A DNA stretch of 15,508 nucleotides from Fibrobacteria bacterium (lineage in GTDB: Bacteria > Fibrobacterota > Fibrobacteria > UBA11236): assembly GCA_041746255.1 (NCBI GenBank), contig JBGTHM010000004.1, positions 1 to 15,508 on the forward strand, in the 5' to 3' direction. Shown in pieces: positions 1-8,043 of the stretch. A model generated the notes under the pieces. The model ran no database searches. It saw nothing but the letters and a program-made list of their open reading frames with translations, and was not told where the DNA came from. A program made the position numbers and the translations under genes. Position 1 is the stretch's first letter. The number at the start of each line of letters is the position of its first letter.

Positions 1-138
1 TGGATTGAGAAGGACGAAAACCGGTCACTTTGAACCGGATTTTCACCCTCGGGTCAATCGTCCGAACCGGTCATCTTGAACCGGATCGGCCGGTCACTTT
101 GAATCGGATTAGCCGGTCACCATGAACCGGATTTTGCA
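1..138. mobile_element. Terminus of an IS21-family insertion sequence (rest lies upstream of the window)
   Basis: Ends ...GAACCGGATTTTGCA at 138 (reverse complement TGCAAAATCCGGTTCATGGTGACCGG, a TG...CA terminus). It carries multiple subterminal ~20-bp repeats typical of IS21-family ends. The chrA reading frame resumes immediately at 139. No transposase is visible in the window. Confidence 0.8.
21..132 (+). repeat. Four imperfect 20-bp direct repeats, consensus CCGGTCAnnnTGAAyCGGAT-like (putative transposase-binding sites)
   Basis: 21-40 CCGGTCACTTTGAACCGGAT; 67-86 CCGGTCATCTTGAACCGGAT; 90-109 CCGGTCACTTTGAATCGGAT; 113-132 CCGGTCACCATGAACCGGAT. Start-to-start spacings are 46, 23 and 23. Confidence 0.9.
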
Positions 139-795
139 GTACTTTGGAGTGCGATTCTATGGCTGGTTCCCATTGGGATGCTTTTTCATTTTTTCGGATG
201 GAACCATGGCTTCACCCAAATGGGATGGTTTTTCAGTAAGGCGGCTTTGCTTACCTTCGGCGGGGCTTATGCGGTATTGCCCTATGTCTTCGACGGGGCT
301 GTCGGGCATCACGGTTGGCTGACCGTTCCCCAGATGATGGCGGGATTGGCTCTGGGCGAAGCCACCCCGGGACCACTTATCATGGTTGTTTCTTTCGTGG
401 GGTTCGTGGGAGGGTATACGCAGGAGATGCTGGGTGCGCAGGGCCCCTTTTTCGCGGGAGTGGCGGCGGCCTGCCTCGTTACCTGGTTCACCTTTCTCCC
501 GTCTTTTCTCTTTATTTTCGCGGGTGGGCCGTTGGTGGAAAGTACTCGCGACGATTTGCACTTCTCCGCTCCTCTTACGGCCATCACGGCTGCGGTGGTA
601 GGAGTCATTCTCAACCTGGCATTTTTTTTCGGATACCACGTGCTGTGGCCGGAGGGATGGACGGAACGATTCGATTGGGTGGCGGCGACAATAGCTCTGG
701 GCGCGGCGATAGCCTTGTTCCGCCTCAAACGAGGCATCATTGAGGTGATTGCGGTTAGCGCCATGGTGGGTCTTGCCTTGAGTCTTACTTTGTAA
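139..795 (+). pseudogene. chrA: Chromate efflux transporter ChrA, C-terminal half only (5'-truncated by IS)
   Basis: The frame reads VLWSAILWLVPIGMLFHFFGW... from 139. CHR motifs are present: FFSKAALLTFGGAYAVLPY, GLALGEATPGPLIMVVSFVGF, FTFLPSFLFI, AITAAVVGVILNL. Stop TAA at 793-795. There is no native start or N-terminal CHR domain. Confidence 0.88.
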
Positions 796-867
796 AAAAA
801 AAGCTTGCGTATACGGGCGCCCTTAATTTTTTTAATCCTTCATTCCAACTCGGAAAAGAAGGTAAAC

Positions 868-2151
868 ATGCCGCAAATTCCACGCGATGCCCTTCCCGAC
901 AGTACGCCGGCTTTGTTGATGGACGGCTACGACTTTATCGGAAAAAGGTGCCGAAAGCTGCAGTCCGATATCTTTCAGGCCCGCATCCTCTTGCGAAAAT
1001 CGATATGCATGAAAGGCGAGGCCGCCTCACGGCTTTTCCATGACAATGAATTCTTCTTGCGAAAGAATTCCGCTCCCGCCCGCCTTCAAAAAACCCTTTT
1101 GGGTCAAGGCGGCGTGCAGGGTATGGATGGCGAGGCCCACCGGCATCGGAAACAAATGTTCATGTCGCTGATGACACCCGAAAGCATCGACCATTTATCC
1201 GAACTCACAGCCCAACATTGGCGGGCCTACCTGAAGAAATGGGAAGCCATGGACCAAGTCGTACTTTTTTTCGAAGTGGAGGAAATTCTGTGCCGGGCGG
1301 TTTGCGCATGGGCGGGAGTGCCGCTAGAGGAGAGTGAGGTGGCGCAAAGAACCCAGGATTTCGAAGCCATGATCGACGCGTCGGGCGCGGTGGGCCTGCG
1401 GCATATGCGTGGTCGGCGCGCCCGCGGTCGCTGCGAGAAATGGCTGGGCGAGATTATCGGCAAGGTTCGTCGTCGTCACCTGCAGGCTGCGGAGGGAACG
1501 GCGCTTTATGCGGTAGCTTGGCATCATGATACGGAAGGGGAATTGCTGGACTCCCATACCGCCTCGGTGGAATTGCTCAACTTCTTGCGGCCTACGGTGG
1601 CGGTGAGCCGCTTCATCATCTTTTCCGCCTTGGCTTTGCACCAATATCCGTGGGAGCGGGAAAAGCTGAAGGCCGGCGGGGACGAATACAGCGAGTTGTT
1701 CGTCCAGGAGGTGCGTCGTTTTTATCCCTTTTTCCCTTTTGTCGGCGCCCGCGTCCGCAAGAATTTCCAATGGAGGGGTTATCGCTTTCCCAAGGGAACG
1801 CGGGTATTTCTTGATTTATATGGCACCGATCATGATCCAGCGATTTGGCAAGAGCCGGAGGAGTTCCGTCCCGAAAGATTTCGGGATTGGAACGGCAGCG
1901 CCTTCAACTTCATTCCCCAGGGAGGGGGCGATCATTATCTTAATCACCGCTGTCCGGGAGAATGGATAACCAAGGCATTGATGAAAACAGCCTTGAATTT
2001 TTTCGTCAATAAAATGGAATATGCCTTGCCGGAGCAGAACCTTCACGTCAGCCTGAAGCGCATTCCCGCGATTCCGCGAAGTCGGATCCTAATCAGCGAC
2101 TGCAGATTAATCCAAACTCAATCGCAGCATGAGCTAAGTTATAGCGGTTAG
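868..2151 (+). CDS. cypC: Cytochrome P450 CYP152 family fatty-acid peroxygenase
   Basis: ATG 868 follows AAGAAGGT. I-helix NFLRPTVAV carries the CYP152 Arg-Pro pair. Also EVRRFYPFFP (ExxR), FRPERF and the heme-thiolate motif FIPQGGGDHYLNHRCPGEWI. Confidence 0.93.
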   Translation: MPQIPRDALPDSTPALLMDGYDFIGKRCRKLQSDIFQARILLRKSICMKGEAASRLFHDNEFFLRKNSAPARLQKTLLGQGGVQGMDGEAHRHRKQMFMSLMTPESIDHLSELTAQHWRAYLKKWEAMDQVVLFFEVEEILCRAVCAWAGVPLEESEVAQRTQDFEAMIDASGAVGLRHMRGRRARGRCEKWLGEIIGKVRRRHLQAAEGTALYAVAWHHDTEGELLDSHTASVELLNFLRPTVAVSRFIIFSALALHQYPWEREKLKAGGDEYSELFVQEVRRFYPFFPFVGARVRKNFQWRGYRFPKGTRVFLDLYGTDHDPAIWQEPEEFRPERFRDWNGSAFNFIPQGGGDHYLNHRCPGEWITKALMKTALNFFVNKMEYALPEQNLHVSLKRIPAIPRSRILISDCRLIQTQSQHELSYSG

Positions 2152-2187
2152 CGCGACGGCGTGTCTGGCTTGAATTTTTTCTGTAAT

Positions 2188-2628
2188 CTAAGTCCGTAAA
2201 ATCCGTAAATCCAAGCCCTGCTTGCGATAAGTTTCAAAACCTCGATCAAAGGTGACGAACTTAAATGAATAGCCGATGGCGAAGGAGGCTAGGTAGGCGT
2301 CCATCCAGATTTTAGGTGAGGCTGCCGTCGACCGGGATAATCGAAACCAAATTTCCTGGAATCCCGGCGGCTCTTCTGTTACAAATAACAATCCCGGAAA
2401 CCCCATGAGAGAAGTCCACAATTTCAGCGCCTGCGCATTGGTACGAACCTCTTCCCGCATAACCGCTTGCGTTGTCAAAAGTCGTAGCAGGGAAAGTTGC
2501 ACGGGCCGGCATACTATGGCCGCAGTTTCCCGGGTCAAAGTTTGCATCCAGTCTCTTGCGAGAAGATGATGAGGGTGGCTTTGGCTCAGAACAGCGAGCA
2601 GGACATTACTGTCGCAGAGATGCCGCAT
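2188..2628 (-). CDS. vapC: PIN-domain ribonuclease toxin VapC
   Basis: Starts MRHLCDSNVLLA (PIN DxN motif). Contains HPHH, WMDAYLA and FVTFDRGF acidic motifs. Its start overlaps the 3' end of the antitoxin by 23 nt. Confidence 0.88.
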   Translation of the reverse strand: MRHLCDSNVLLAVLSQSHPHHLLARDWMQTLTRETAAIVCRPVQLSLLRLLTTQAVMREEVRTNAQALKLWTSLMGFPGLLFVTEEPPGFQEIWFRLSRSTAASPKIWMDAYLASFAIGYSFKFVTFDRGFETYRKQGLDLRILRT

Positions 2629-2869
2629 AGCGTTCCAATTCTTCGGCGACTTCCAGCCGTGAAGCAATATCGTCCGGGATTTCCAAAGGTTTTTTACGGG
2701 AAGAAGTTATTAGTGGCAAATCCGTAGGGTTTTCCACGGGTTTCCAGGATTCCTGGAGGACCATGCGAACACCCTCAGCCACCAATTCGCGTACCTTTTT
2801 GCCACGCATAGCAGCAGTGGCTTTAAGTCTCCGGTAAAGCTCGTCCTCAAATTCTATGGTAGCCTTCAT
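2606..2869 (-). CDS. vapB: Ribbon-helix-helix antitoxin VapB
   Basis: 87 aa. N-terminus MKATIEFEDELYRRLKATAAMRGKKVRELVAEGVR fits an RHH/CopG-like fold. Lies directly upstream of the PIN toxin. Confidence 0.82.
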   Translation of the reverse strand: MKATIEFEDELYRRLKATAAMRGKKVRELVAEGVRMVLQESWKPVENPTDLPLITSSRKKPLEIPDDIASRLEVAEELERYAASLRQ

Positions 2870-2875
2870 AAAACA

Positions 2876-2904
2876 AGTATACCATAAAACCATATAAATG
2901 GCAA
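2876..2904 (-). promoter_or_regulatory. Sigma70-type promoter of vapBC
   Basis: On the minus strand: TTGCCA (2904-2899), 17 nt, TATACT (2881-2876) with an extended TGn motif, then 6 nt to the vapB ATG. No Shine-Dalgarno. Confidence 0.75.
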
Positions 2905-2930
2905 TGGGTTCACTTGCTCCCTTAAACCGT

Positions 2931-4286
2931 TCAAAGTTCCACGGAATCGCGGTATTCCGGGGTTTCGGCGTCCCATCCCAAATCGCGTCGAATGCGCAGC
3001 CTTAAGGCTTCTGAAGATTCCGGTTCGCCATGGGTGATGAAAATCCGGCGCGGCGCTTTTCCCGCTCCCTTGATCCACTCGACTATCTGGCCGGCATCGG
3101 CGTGGGCTGAGGAATTTTTCATGGAAACGACTTCCGCCCTTACCGCGATATATTCCCCGTGAATTTTCAACTCTTCGGCTCCGCGCGCCAAGGCGGCTCC
3201 CCGAGTGGATGCGGCTTGATAGCCCGCAAGCAGGATGATGGTATTGCGAAGCGGCGCAAAGGCTTTGAGGTGGTGCAGTATGCGTCCTCCGGTGGCCATG
3301 CCGCTGGCGGAGATGAGAATCATGGGGCCTTTGCTTTGCGAAAGCTTCGCCGATTCTTCCGGTGCCTGCACATAGTGGGCGATCCCGAAAACGTCATCGG
3401 ATAGTTTGGCTCCGAGGGCATGATCGCCTGGATGCTTTGCGTAGAGCTCAGTGGCCGCGATAGCCATGGGGCTGTCTACATAGATGGGGATGCGCGGAAG
3501 CCTTCCCGCATTTTTAAGCTGGTAAAGCAGGTAGAGCAGCGCTTGGGTACGACCAACGGCGAAGGAGGGGATAAGCAATACGCCCGAATCCTTCACTGCT
3601 TTTTGAACCAGCTCCTCAAGTTGGTCCAAGGGGTTGGTGTCGCCGTGAATTCGATCACCATAGGTGGATTCCACCACCAGATAATCGGTTTCACCCGGTT
3701 TTTCGGGAGGCGGGAACATGGGATCGTCCGGACGCCCGAGATCTCCGGAAAAAGTAATGCTGACGTCGGCATGGCTTAGGCGTAGACTGGCAGCTCCGAG
3801 AATATGGCCGGCCTTGAAGAAGGACATTTCCAAGCCATCGCGCAGTGGAAAGGGAATATTCCAATCGACCGCCCGAAACAACCGCAAACTTTTTTCGACA
3901 TCGTCGGAGTCGAACAATGCCTCGGGATTCCGATGCTTGGAATAACCTTTGCGTCGGGCGTATTCCGCCTCCTCTTCCATGATTTTCGCGCTGTCCATCA
4001 ACAGGATGCGGCAGAGATCGCGGGTGGCCGCGGTGCAATAAACCGTGCCGTTGAAGCCCTCTTTGACCAAGCGGGGGAGATACCCGGAGTGGTCAAGGTG
4101 CGCGTGGGTGAGGACTACCGCGTCGATGGTTTCCGCTGCCACGGGAAAATGAGCCCAGTTTTTCAACCGCAGCGCTTTGAGCCCCTGGAAAAGTCCGCAG
4201 TCGACCAACACCTTACGGCTTTGGTATTCAATCAGGTATTTAGAGCCGGTCACTGTACCCGTGCCGCCCAGAAATGTCAACCGCAT
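2931..4286 (-). CDS. MBL-fold beta-CASP ribonuclease (TTHA0252/YSH1-like, COG1236)
   Basis: Starts MRLTFLGGTGTVTGSKY after GAGGAG. Motifs: VDCGLFQG, THAHLDH, AGHILG, FSGDLG, ESTYG, FAVGRTQ, SGMATGGR, SAHAD, THGE. Confidence 0.92.
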   Translation of the reverse strand: MRLTFLGGTGTVTGSKYLIEYQSRKVLVDCGLFQGLKALRLKNWAHFPVAAETIDAVVLTHAHLDHSGYLPRLVKEGFNGTVYCTAATRDLCRILLMDSAKIMEEEAEYARRKGYSKHRNPEALFDSDDVEKSLRLFRAVDWNIPFPLRDGLEMSFFKAGHILGAASLRLSHADVSITFSGDLGRPDDPMFPPPEKPGETDYLVVESTYGDRIHGDTNPLDQLEELVQKAVKDSGVLLIPSFAVGRTQALLYLLYQLKNAGRLPRIPIYVDSPMAIAATELYAKHPGDHALGAKLSDDVFGIAHYVQAPEESAKLSQSKGPMILISASGMATGGRILHHLKAFAPLRNTIILLAGYQAASTRGAALARGAEELKIHGEYIAVRAEVVSMKNSSAHADAGQIVEWIKGAGKAPRRIFITHGEPESSEALRLRIRRDLGWDAETPEYRDSVEL

Positions 4287-4436
4287 AATTGTCTTCTCCT
4301 CGGAAAATTCCACTTATCTCGACCCCTAAGAATAGAATTTTACGACAAGATTAAATGCCTGACGGGTTCCGTTGACTTTGCAATCCAAATTGATTTGCTT
4401 AATATATGAGACGTCGCAACTTTTGGAGAAGCATTC

Positions 4437-5000
4437 ATGAAAGTTCCCTTGACCATCTCTTACCATGGTATCGAAAAGCGTGAGGATATTGATGCCTTGA
4501 TTCGCGAAGAAGCGTCCAAGCTGGAGCGGTTCAACGATCATATCAACAGTTGCCGCATTTCCATCGATCAGGTAACGGGGCGTATCGAAAACGGAGGCTA
4601 TCGCATCACAATTGACATGCGCGTGGCTCCAGGCCATGAAATCGTGGTCAAGCACGAACCGAAGGATTCCAAAGAGCAGCCGGCGATTCAAGCCATCATT
4701 CGAGATGGATTCAAAACCGCTCGTGAACGTTTGAGACGATTGAGCGAACAGCAGCGTCAGGAGGTGAAGTCCCATCCGGAGCAGCAGGTACAGGCCGCCA
4801 TCGCTCGATTGCAGGACGATCATGGATTCTTGCGCAGTGCCGACGGTCGCGATATTTACTTTCATCGCAACTCCGTGATCGACGCCGATTTCGACGATCT
4901 GCGCATTGGAGCCGGGGTGGCTTTTTCCGAAGAAATGGGCGAGAACGGTCCCCAAGCGTCTTCGGTCAGGCTGGTTGATGCCCGGGGTGGATCGCGATAA
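4437..5000 (+). CDS. HPF/RaiA ribosome-associated protein fused to a C-terminal cold-shock domain
   Basis: GGAGAA RBS. N-terminal S30AE-like region (LIREEASKLERF...CRISI...AIIRDGFKTARERL). C-terminal CSD with RNP-like motifs HGFLRSADGRDIYFHRNSV and GPQASSV. Confidence 0.85.
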   Translation: MKVPLTISYHGIEKREDIDALIREEASKLERFNDHINSCRISIDQVTGRIENGGYRITIDMRVAPGHEIVVKHEPKDSKEQPAIQAIIRDGFKTARERLRRLSEQQRQEVKSHPEQQVQAAIARLQDDHGFLRSADGRDIYFHRNSVIDADFDDLRIGAGVAFSEEMGENGPQASSVRLVDARGGSR

Positions 5001-5041
5001 ACTTGAGAATAGCGATTTCGAAATCGCCCTTCAGAACGAAT

Positions 5042-7891
5042 ATGTCCACTACAATATCCACACATCCCTTTTCTCCAATGGAAATTTCCATGGAAAATCC
5101 CAATAACCTGTCACAGGCTTTAGTTATTCTGGATGAAAATCGGAAAATCCTGAAATGGAGCGAAAAGGCCCGGAAAATTTTCGGCTGGCTGGATGAGGAG
5201 GTGGAAGGCAAGGAATTGCTGTCCCTAATATTTCCCGAAAAGCCCTCGGAAATCGATGAATTGAGCCATAAGCTTTTTGGAAGCGGCATGTCTTATACCT
5301 TGTCGCAACGTACCACCGAGGTCGTTGTCCGGCATCGCGACGGGGAGAGCCTTGCATTAGAAATAAATGTGGTTCCTTGTCTCATAAACCAAGAAAAGCG
5401 GGTATACGTTTTCATCCATGACCTTGCCACCGGAAACTGGGCGAATCAAAACAAGCGGATCCAAATGGCAATTACCAACCTACTTGCCCGCTCTCCCCGT
5501 TTGGACGAAGTCTTTCCGCAAATCCTGGCGGCATTCTGCCATCACACCGCGTGGGTATTCGGCGCCTTTTGGAAGCTGGAACTGGGAGGGGAATGGGCCA
5601 ATTGCGTGCATTCCGAAAATCGGATTCCCGGCGAGTTGGATGAATTTTCGAATAGGACACGCACCTTGGTGATTAAAAAGGGAAATAGCCTGCCCGGAGG
5701 GGTTTGGGAATCGGAGGAAATGGTTTGGATAACAGATATCACGGGAAGGGAATTTTTCATTCGCGCCCCTGAAGCGAAAGCCGGAGGCCTGGAAACCGGT
5801 TTCGGCATACCCATCAAGCAGGGTGTCCGGTTTTTCGGGGCCTTCGAGTTTTATTCTCGACAGAGCTTGTTTCCCGATCCCGAATTTCTGGGCCTGATCC
5901 ATTCTTTTTCGGAACAGCTCAGTGAGTATATCACTCTTAAAGATGCCGAAGAGACCATACGCATCAATGAAGAACGTTTTCGCGCGGCAGCCAAATATGC
6001 TTCCTTCGTACCTGCGGAAGTGGACAGTGAGTTGCGCTACCGATGGATATTCAACCCGGATCCGGATTTCAAACCAGCGCAGGTGATTGGCAAGCGTGAT
6101 GATGAATTGGAGAATACGCCAAGCATAATGCGGCTTGTAGAATTGAAGCGGAGAGTGTTGGAAAGCGGAGCCGGCGCCACCGAGGAAATCGCTTTCGAGC
6201 GCGGCGATGGCATGCATTTTTACGATTTCATCATTGAGCCCATTCGGAACGCTGAGGGCATTGTTACCGGCGTTATGAGCGTGGCATTCGACATCACCAA
6301 TCGTCGGCGCACGGAAAGAGAATTGATTAAATTCGGTTTGCTGGTGGAGGAAAGTACTGAATTCATCGCTTTGATTGATCTGAATTGCAGCCTCCTTTAT
6401 CTGAACCGGGCCGCCAAACGCATAGTTGGTATACCGGAAACCGAATTGGAGCGAGGTGTGAACGTCTTTGATTTCATAACTCCCGAAGACAGGAGCGAAT
6501 TAAAGGAAATCGTCCAACGGGTCATCATTCAGGGTAGCTGGCAGGGTGAATTCCGGTTGATGAATAAGAGTACCGGAAAGGTTACTCCCGTTGCTTGGAA
6601 CATTTTTCTCCTGCGTGAAAAATACCATTCTGAAGACCGCGAGGGCGCGGTGGTGGCCATGGCCGTGCTGGCATCGGATTTGACGGAACTGAAAGAAAAG
6701 GAAGAGCATTTGCGTCAGGCGCATAAGATGGAAGCTCTGGGGCGGCTGGCAGGGGGCATCGCCCACGATTTCAACAATCTACTTACCGCCATTATCGGAT
6801 ACAGCGATATGCTGGTCGGAAGTTTTTCCGAGGGGGAGGCCAATTACGATCTGGCGGCGGAGATCAAACGCGCTGGCGAGCGCGCTTCCTCCTTGACGCG
6901 TCAGTTATTGACGTATAGCCGAAAACAAGTTTTCGAAAAAAGGATAATAAACATCAACGACACGGTGTTCAGCATGGAAACCATGCTGAAGCGTCTGATC
7001 GGTGAAAATGTGACCCTGGAATCGCAAACGGATGCGGAACTTCGGCTCATTGAAATGGATCCGGGTCATCTGGAGCAGATCATTCTCAACCTGGTGCTAA
7101 ATGCCCGCGACGCCATGCCTTCGGGCGGTCGGCTATTGCTGGAAACCCACAATGTGAACCTGGATAAGGAAGCTCTTCGAGCTTTGCCATCCTTGAAACC
7201 GGGGCCCTATGTGGTCATGTGCGTGACGGATACGGGGGAGGGCATGGACTCGGAAACCTTATCCCACATTTTCGAGCCGTTTTTCACGACTAAGAAAGAA
7301 GGGGATGGAACGGGACTGGGTCTTTCCATGGCATGGGGTATCGTTCAGCAAGCGGAGGGAGCTATCCAGGTTGAAAGCGCATCTGGAAAGGGAACGATCT
7401 TCCGGCTTTATTTTCCGGCAACCCTGCAGAAACAGATAGTGAAGGAAGTGGCTCCCGCCTCAAACATGGCTTCGCCAGAGGCAACGGAAACCATTCTATT
7501 GGTTGAGGATGAAGAGGTGGTGAGAAGCTTTTTACGGAAGGGGCTGGAAAGCGGCGGCTACCGAGTTTTGGAAGCTTCCAATGGAAAAGAAGCTTTGGAA
7601 ATGGAAAGAAATTTTCACATGCCGATACACTTGTTGGTTACCGACCTGGTAATGCCGGAAATGGGGGGGATGGAATTGGCGGAGGCGATCAAGCAGCGGC
7701 ATTCCGACGTTCGGGTTCTTTTCGTTTCCGGTTATACCCCCGATGCCCGTATTGCGAATCGGCTAAAGGACGGGGAAATCGAATTACTGGGAAAGCCCTT
7801 TACCGCCGAAATCCTGCTCGAAAGCGTTGGGAGGCTTCTCGGCCAGGGAAGCCCTAAGGGCGCTACTCCGGATTCGGCTCCTCGGCCATAG
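5042..7891 (+). CDS. Hybrid sensor histidine kinase/response regulator (PAS-GAF-PAS-PAS-HisKA-HATPase-REC, CckA-like)
   Basis: H-box LAGGIAHDFNNLLT, N-box NLVLNARDAM, DTGEGM, FEPFFTTK, GTGLGL. Receiver: ILLVEDE...VTDLVMP...SGY...KPF. GAF segment LPGGVWES...GFGIPI. The start is uncertain (ATG 5042, 5078 or 5090). Confidence 0.92.
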   Translation: MSTTISTHPFSPMEISMENPNNLSQALVILDENRKILKWSEKARKIFGWLDEEVEGKELLSLIFPEKPSEIDELSHKLFGSGMSYTLSQRTTEVVVRHRDGESLALEINVVPCLINQEKRVYVFIHDLATGNWANQNKRIQMAITNLLARSPRLDEVFPQILAAFCHHTAWVFGAFWKLELGGEWANCVHSENRIPGELDEFSNRTRTLVIKKGNSLPGGVWESEEMVWITDITGREFFIRAPEAKAGGLETGFGIPIKQGVRFFGAFEFYSRQSLFPDPEFLGLIHSFSEQLSEYITLKDAEETIRINEERFRAAAKYASFVPAEVDSELRYRWIFNPDPDFKPAQVIGKRDDELENTPSIMRLVELKRRVLESGAGATEEIAFERGDGMHFYDFIIEPIRNAEGIVTGVMSVAFDITNRRRTERELIKFGLLVEESTEFIALIDLNCSLLYLNRAAKRIVGIPETELERGVNVFDFITPEDRSELKEIVQRVIIQGSWQGEFRLMNKSTGKVTPVAWNIFLLREKYHSEDREGAVVAMAVLASDLTELKEKEEHLRQAHKMEALGRLAGGIAHDFNNLLTAIIGYSDMLVGSFSEGEANYDLAAEIKRAGERASSLTRQLLTYSRKQVFEKRIININDTVFSMETMLKRLIGENVTLESQTDAELRLIEMDPGHLEQIILNLVLNARDAMPSGGRLLLETHNVNLDKEALRALPSLKPGPYVVMCVTDTGEGMDSETLSHIFEPFFTTKKEGDGTGLGLSMAWGIVQQAEGAIQVESASGKGTIFRLYFPATLQKQIVKEVAPASNMASPEATETILLVEDEEVVRSFLRKGLESGGYRVLEASNGKEALEMERNFHMPIHLLVTDLVMPEMGGMELAEAIKQRHSDVRVLFVSGYTPDARIANRLKDGEIELLGKPFTAEILLESVGRLLGQGSPKGATPDSAPRP

Positions 7892-7961
7892 CCACAAACA
7901 TCCGAAATGAATCGGAAATCGAGATAAAACTAACTCCGTTCTCACTCCGGATAAATTCCAC

Positions 7962-7993
7962 TTGACTTATAATCGTAAATCTACGATATTAAA
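7962..7993 (+). promoter_or_regulatory. arsM promoter with overlapping ArsR-type operator
   Basis: TTGACT (7962-7967), 17 nt, GATATT (7985-7990). Inverted repeat ATCGTA-AATC-TACGAT at 7972-7987. A near-identical copy lies before arsR. Confidence 0.8.
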
Positions 7994-8043
7994 ATAATCA
8001 TTTGAGCGGTGCGTCGTTTTAACTGCTAACATAAGGAATCAAA

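Noticed and set aside
21..132. Regular repeats as a CRISPR array or iterons
   Set aside because: Gaps are only 3 nt (one 26 nt), the repeats are imperfect, and no cas or rep gene is present. The block ends in a TG/CA IS terminus at a gene break.
794..833. Intrinsic terminator after chrA (A-run, GC core, T-run)
   Set aside because: Only a 4-bp stem including a G-U pair can be drawn. Too weak to call.
805..867. Longer N-termini given by the ORF track (P450 from 805; likewise vapC 2667, vapB 2893, beta-CASP 4313, kinase 5003, arsR 8895, acr3 9235)
   Set aside because: Family-typical N-termini, RBS or promoter positions support the downstream ATGs. The arsR and vapB extensions run through their own promoters.
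4400..4413. FNR/CRP-like box TTGAT-N4-TTAAT upstream of HPF-CSD (actual site 4390-4403 region of the divergent gap)
   Set aside because: The second half-site matches ATCAA at only 2/5 positions in an AT-rich gap.
3159..6766. Numerous 60-245 aa ORFs overlapping the beta-CASP, HPF and kinase genes (e.g. 3804-4409, 4326-4955, 5480-6217)
   Set aside because: They are antisense or alternate-frame shadows of well-supported genes, with no motifs of their own.
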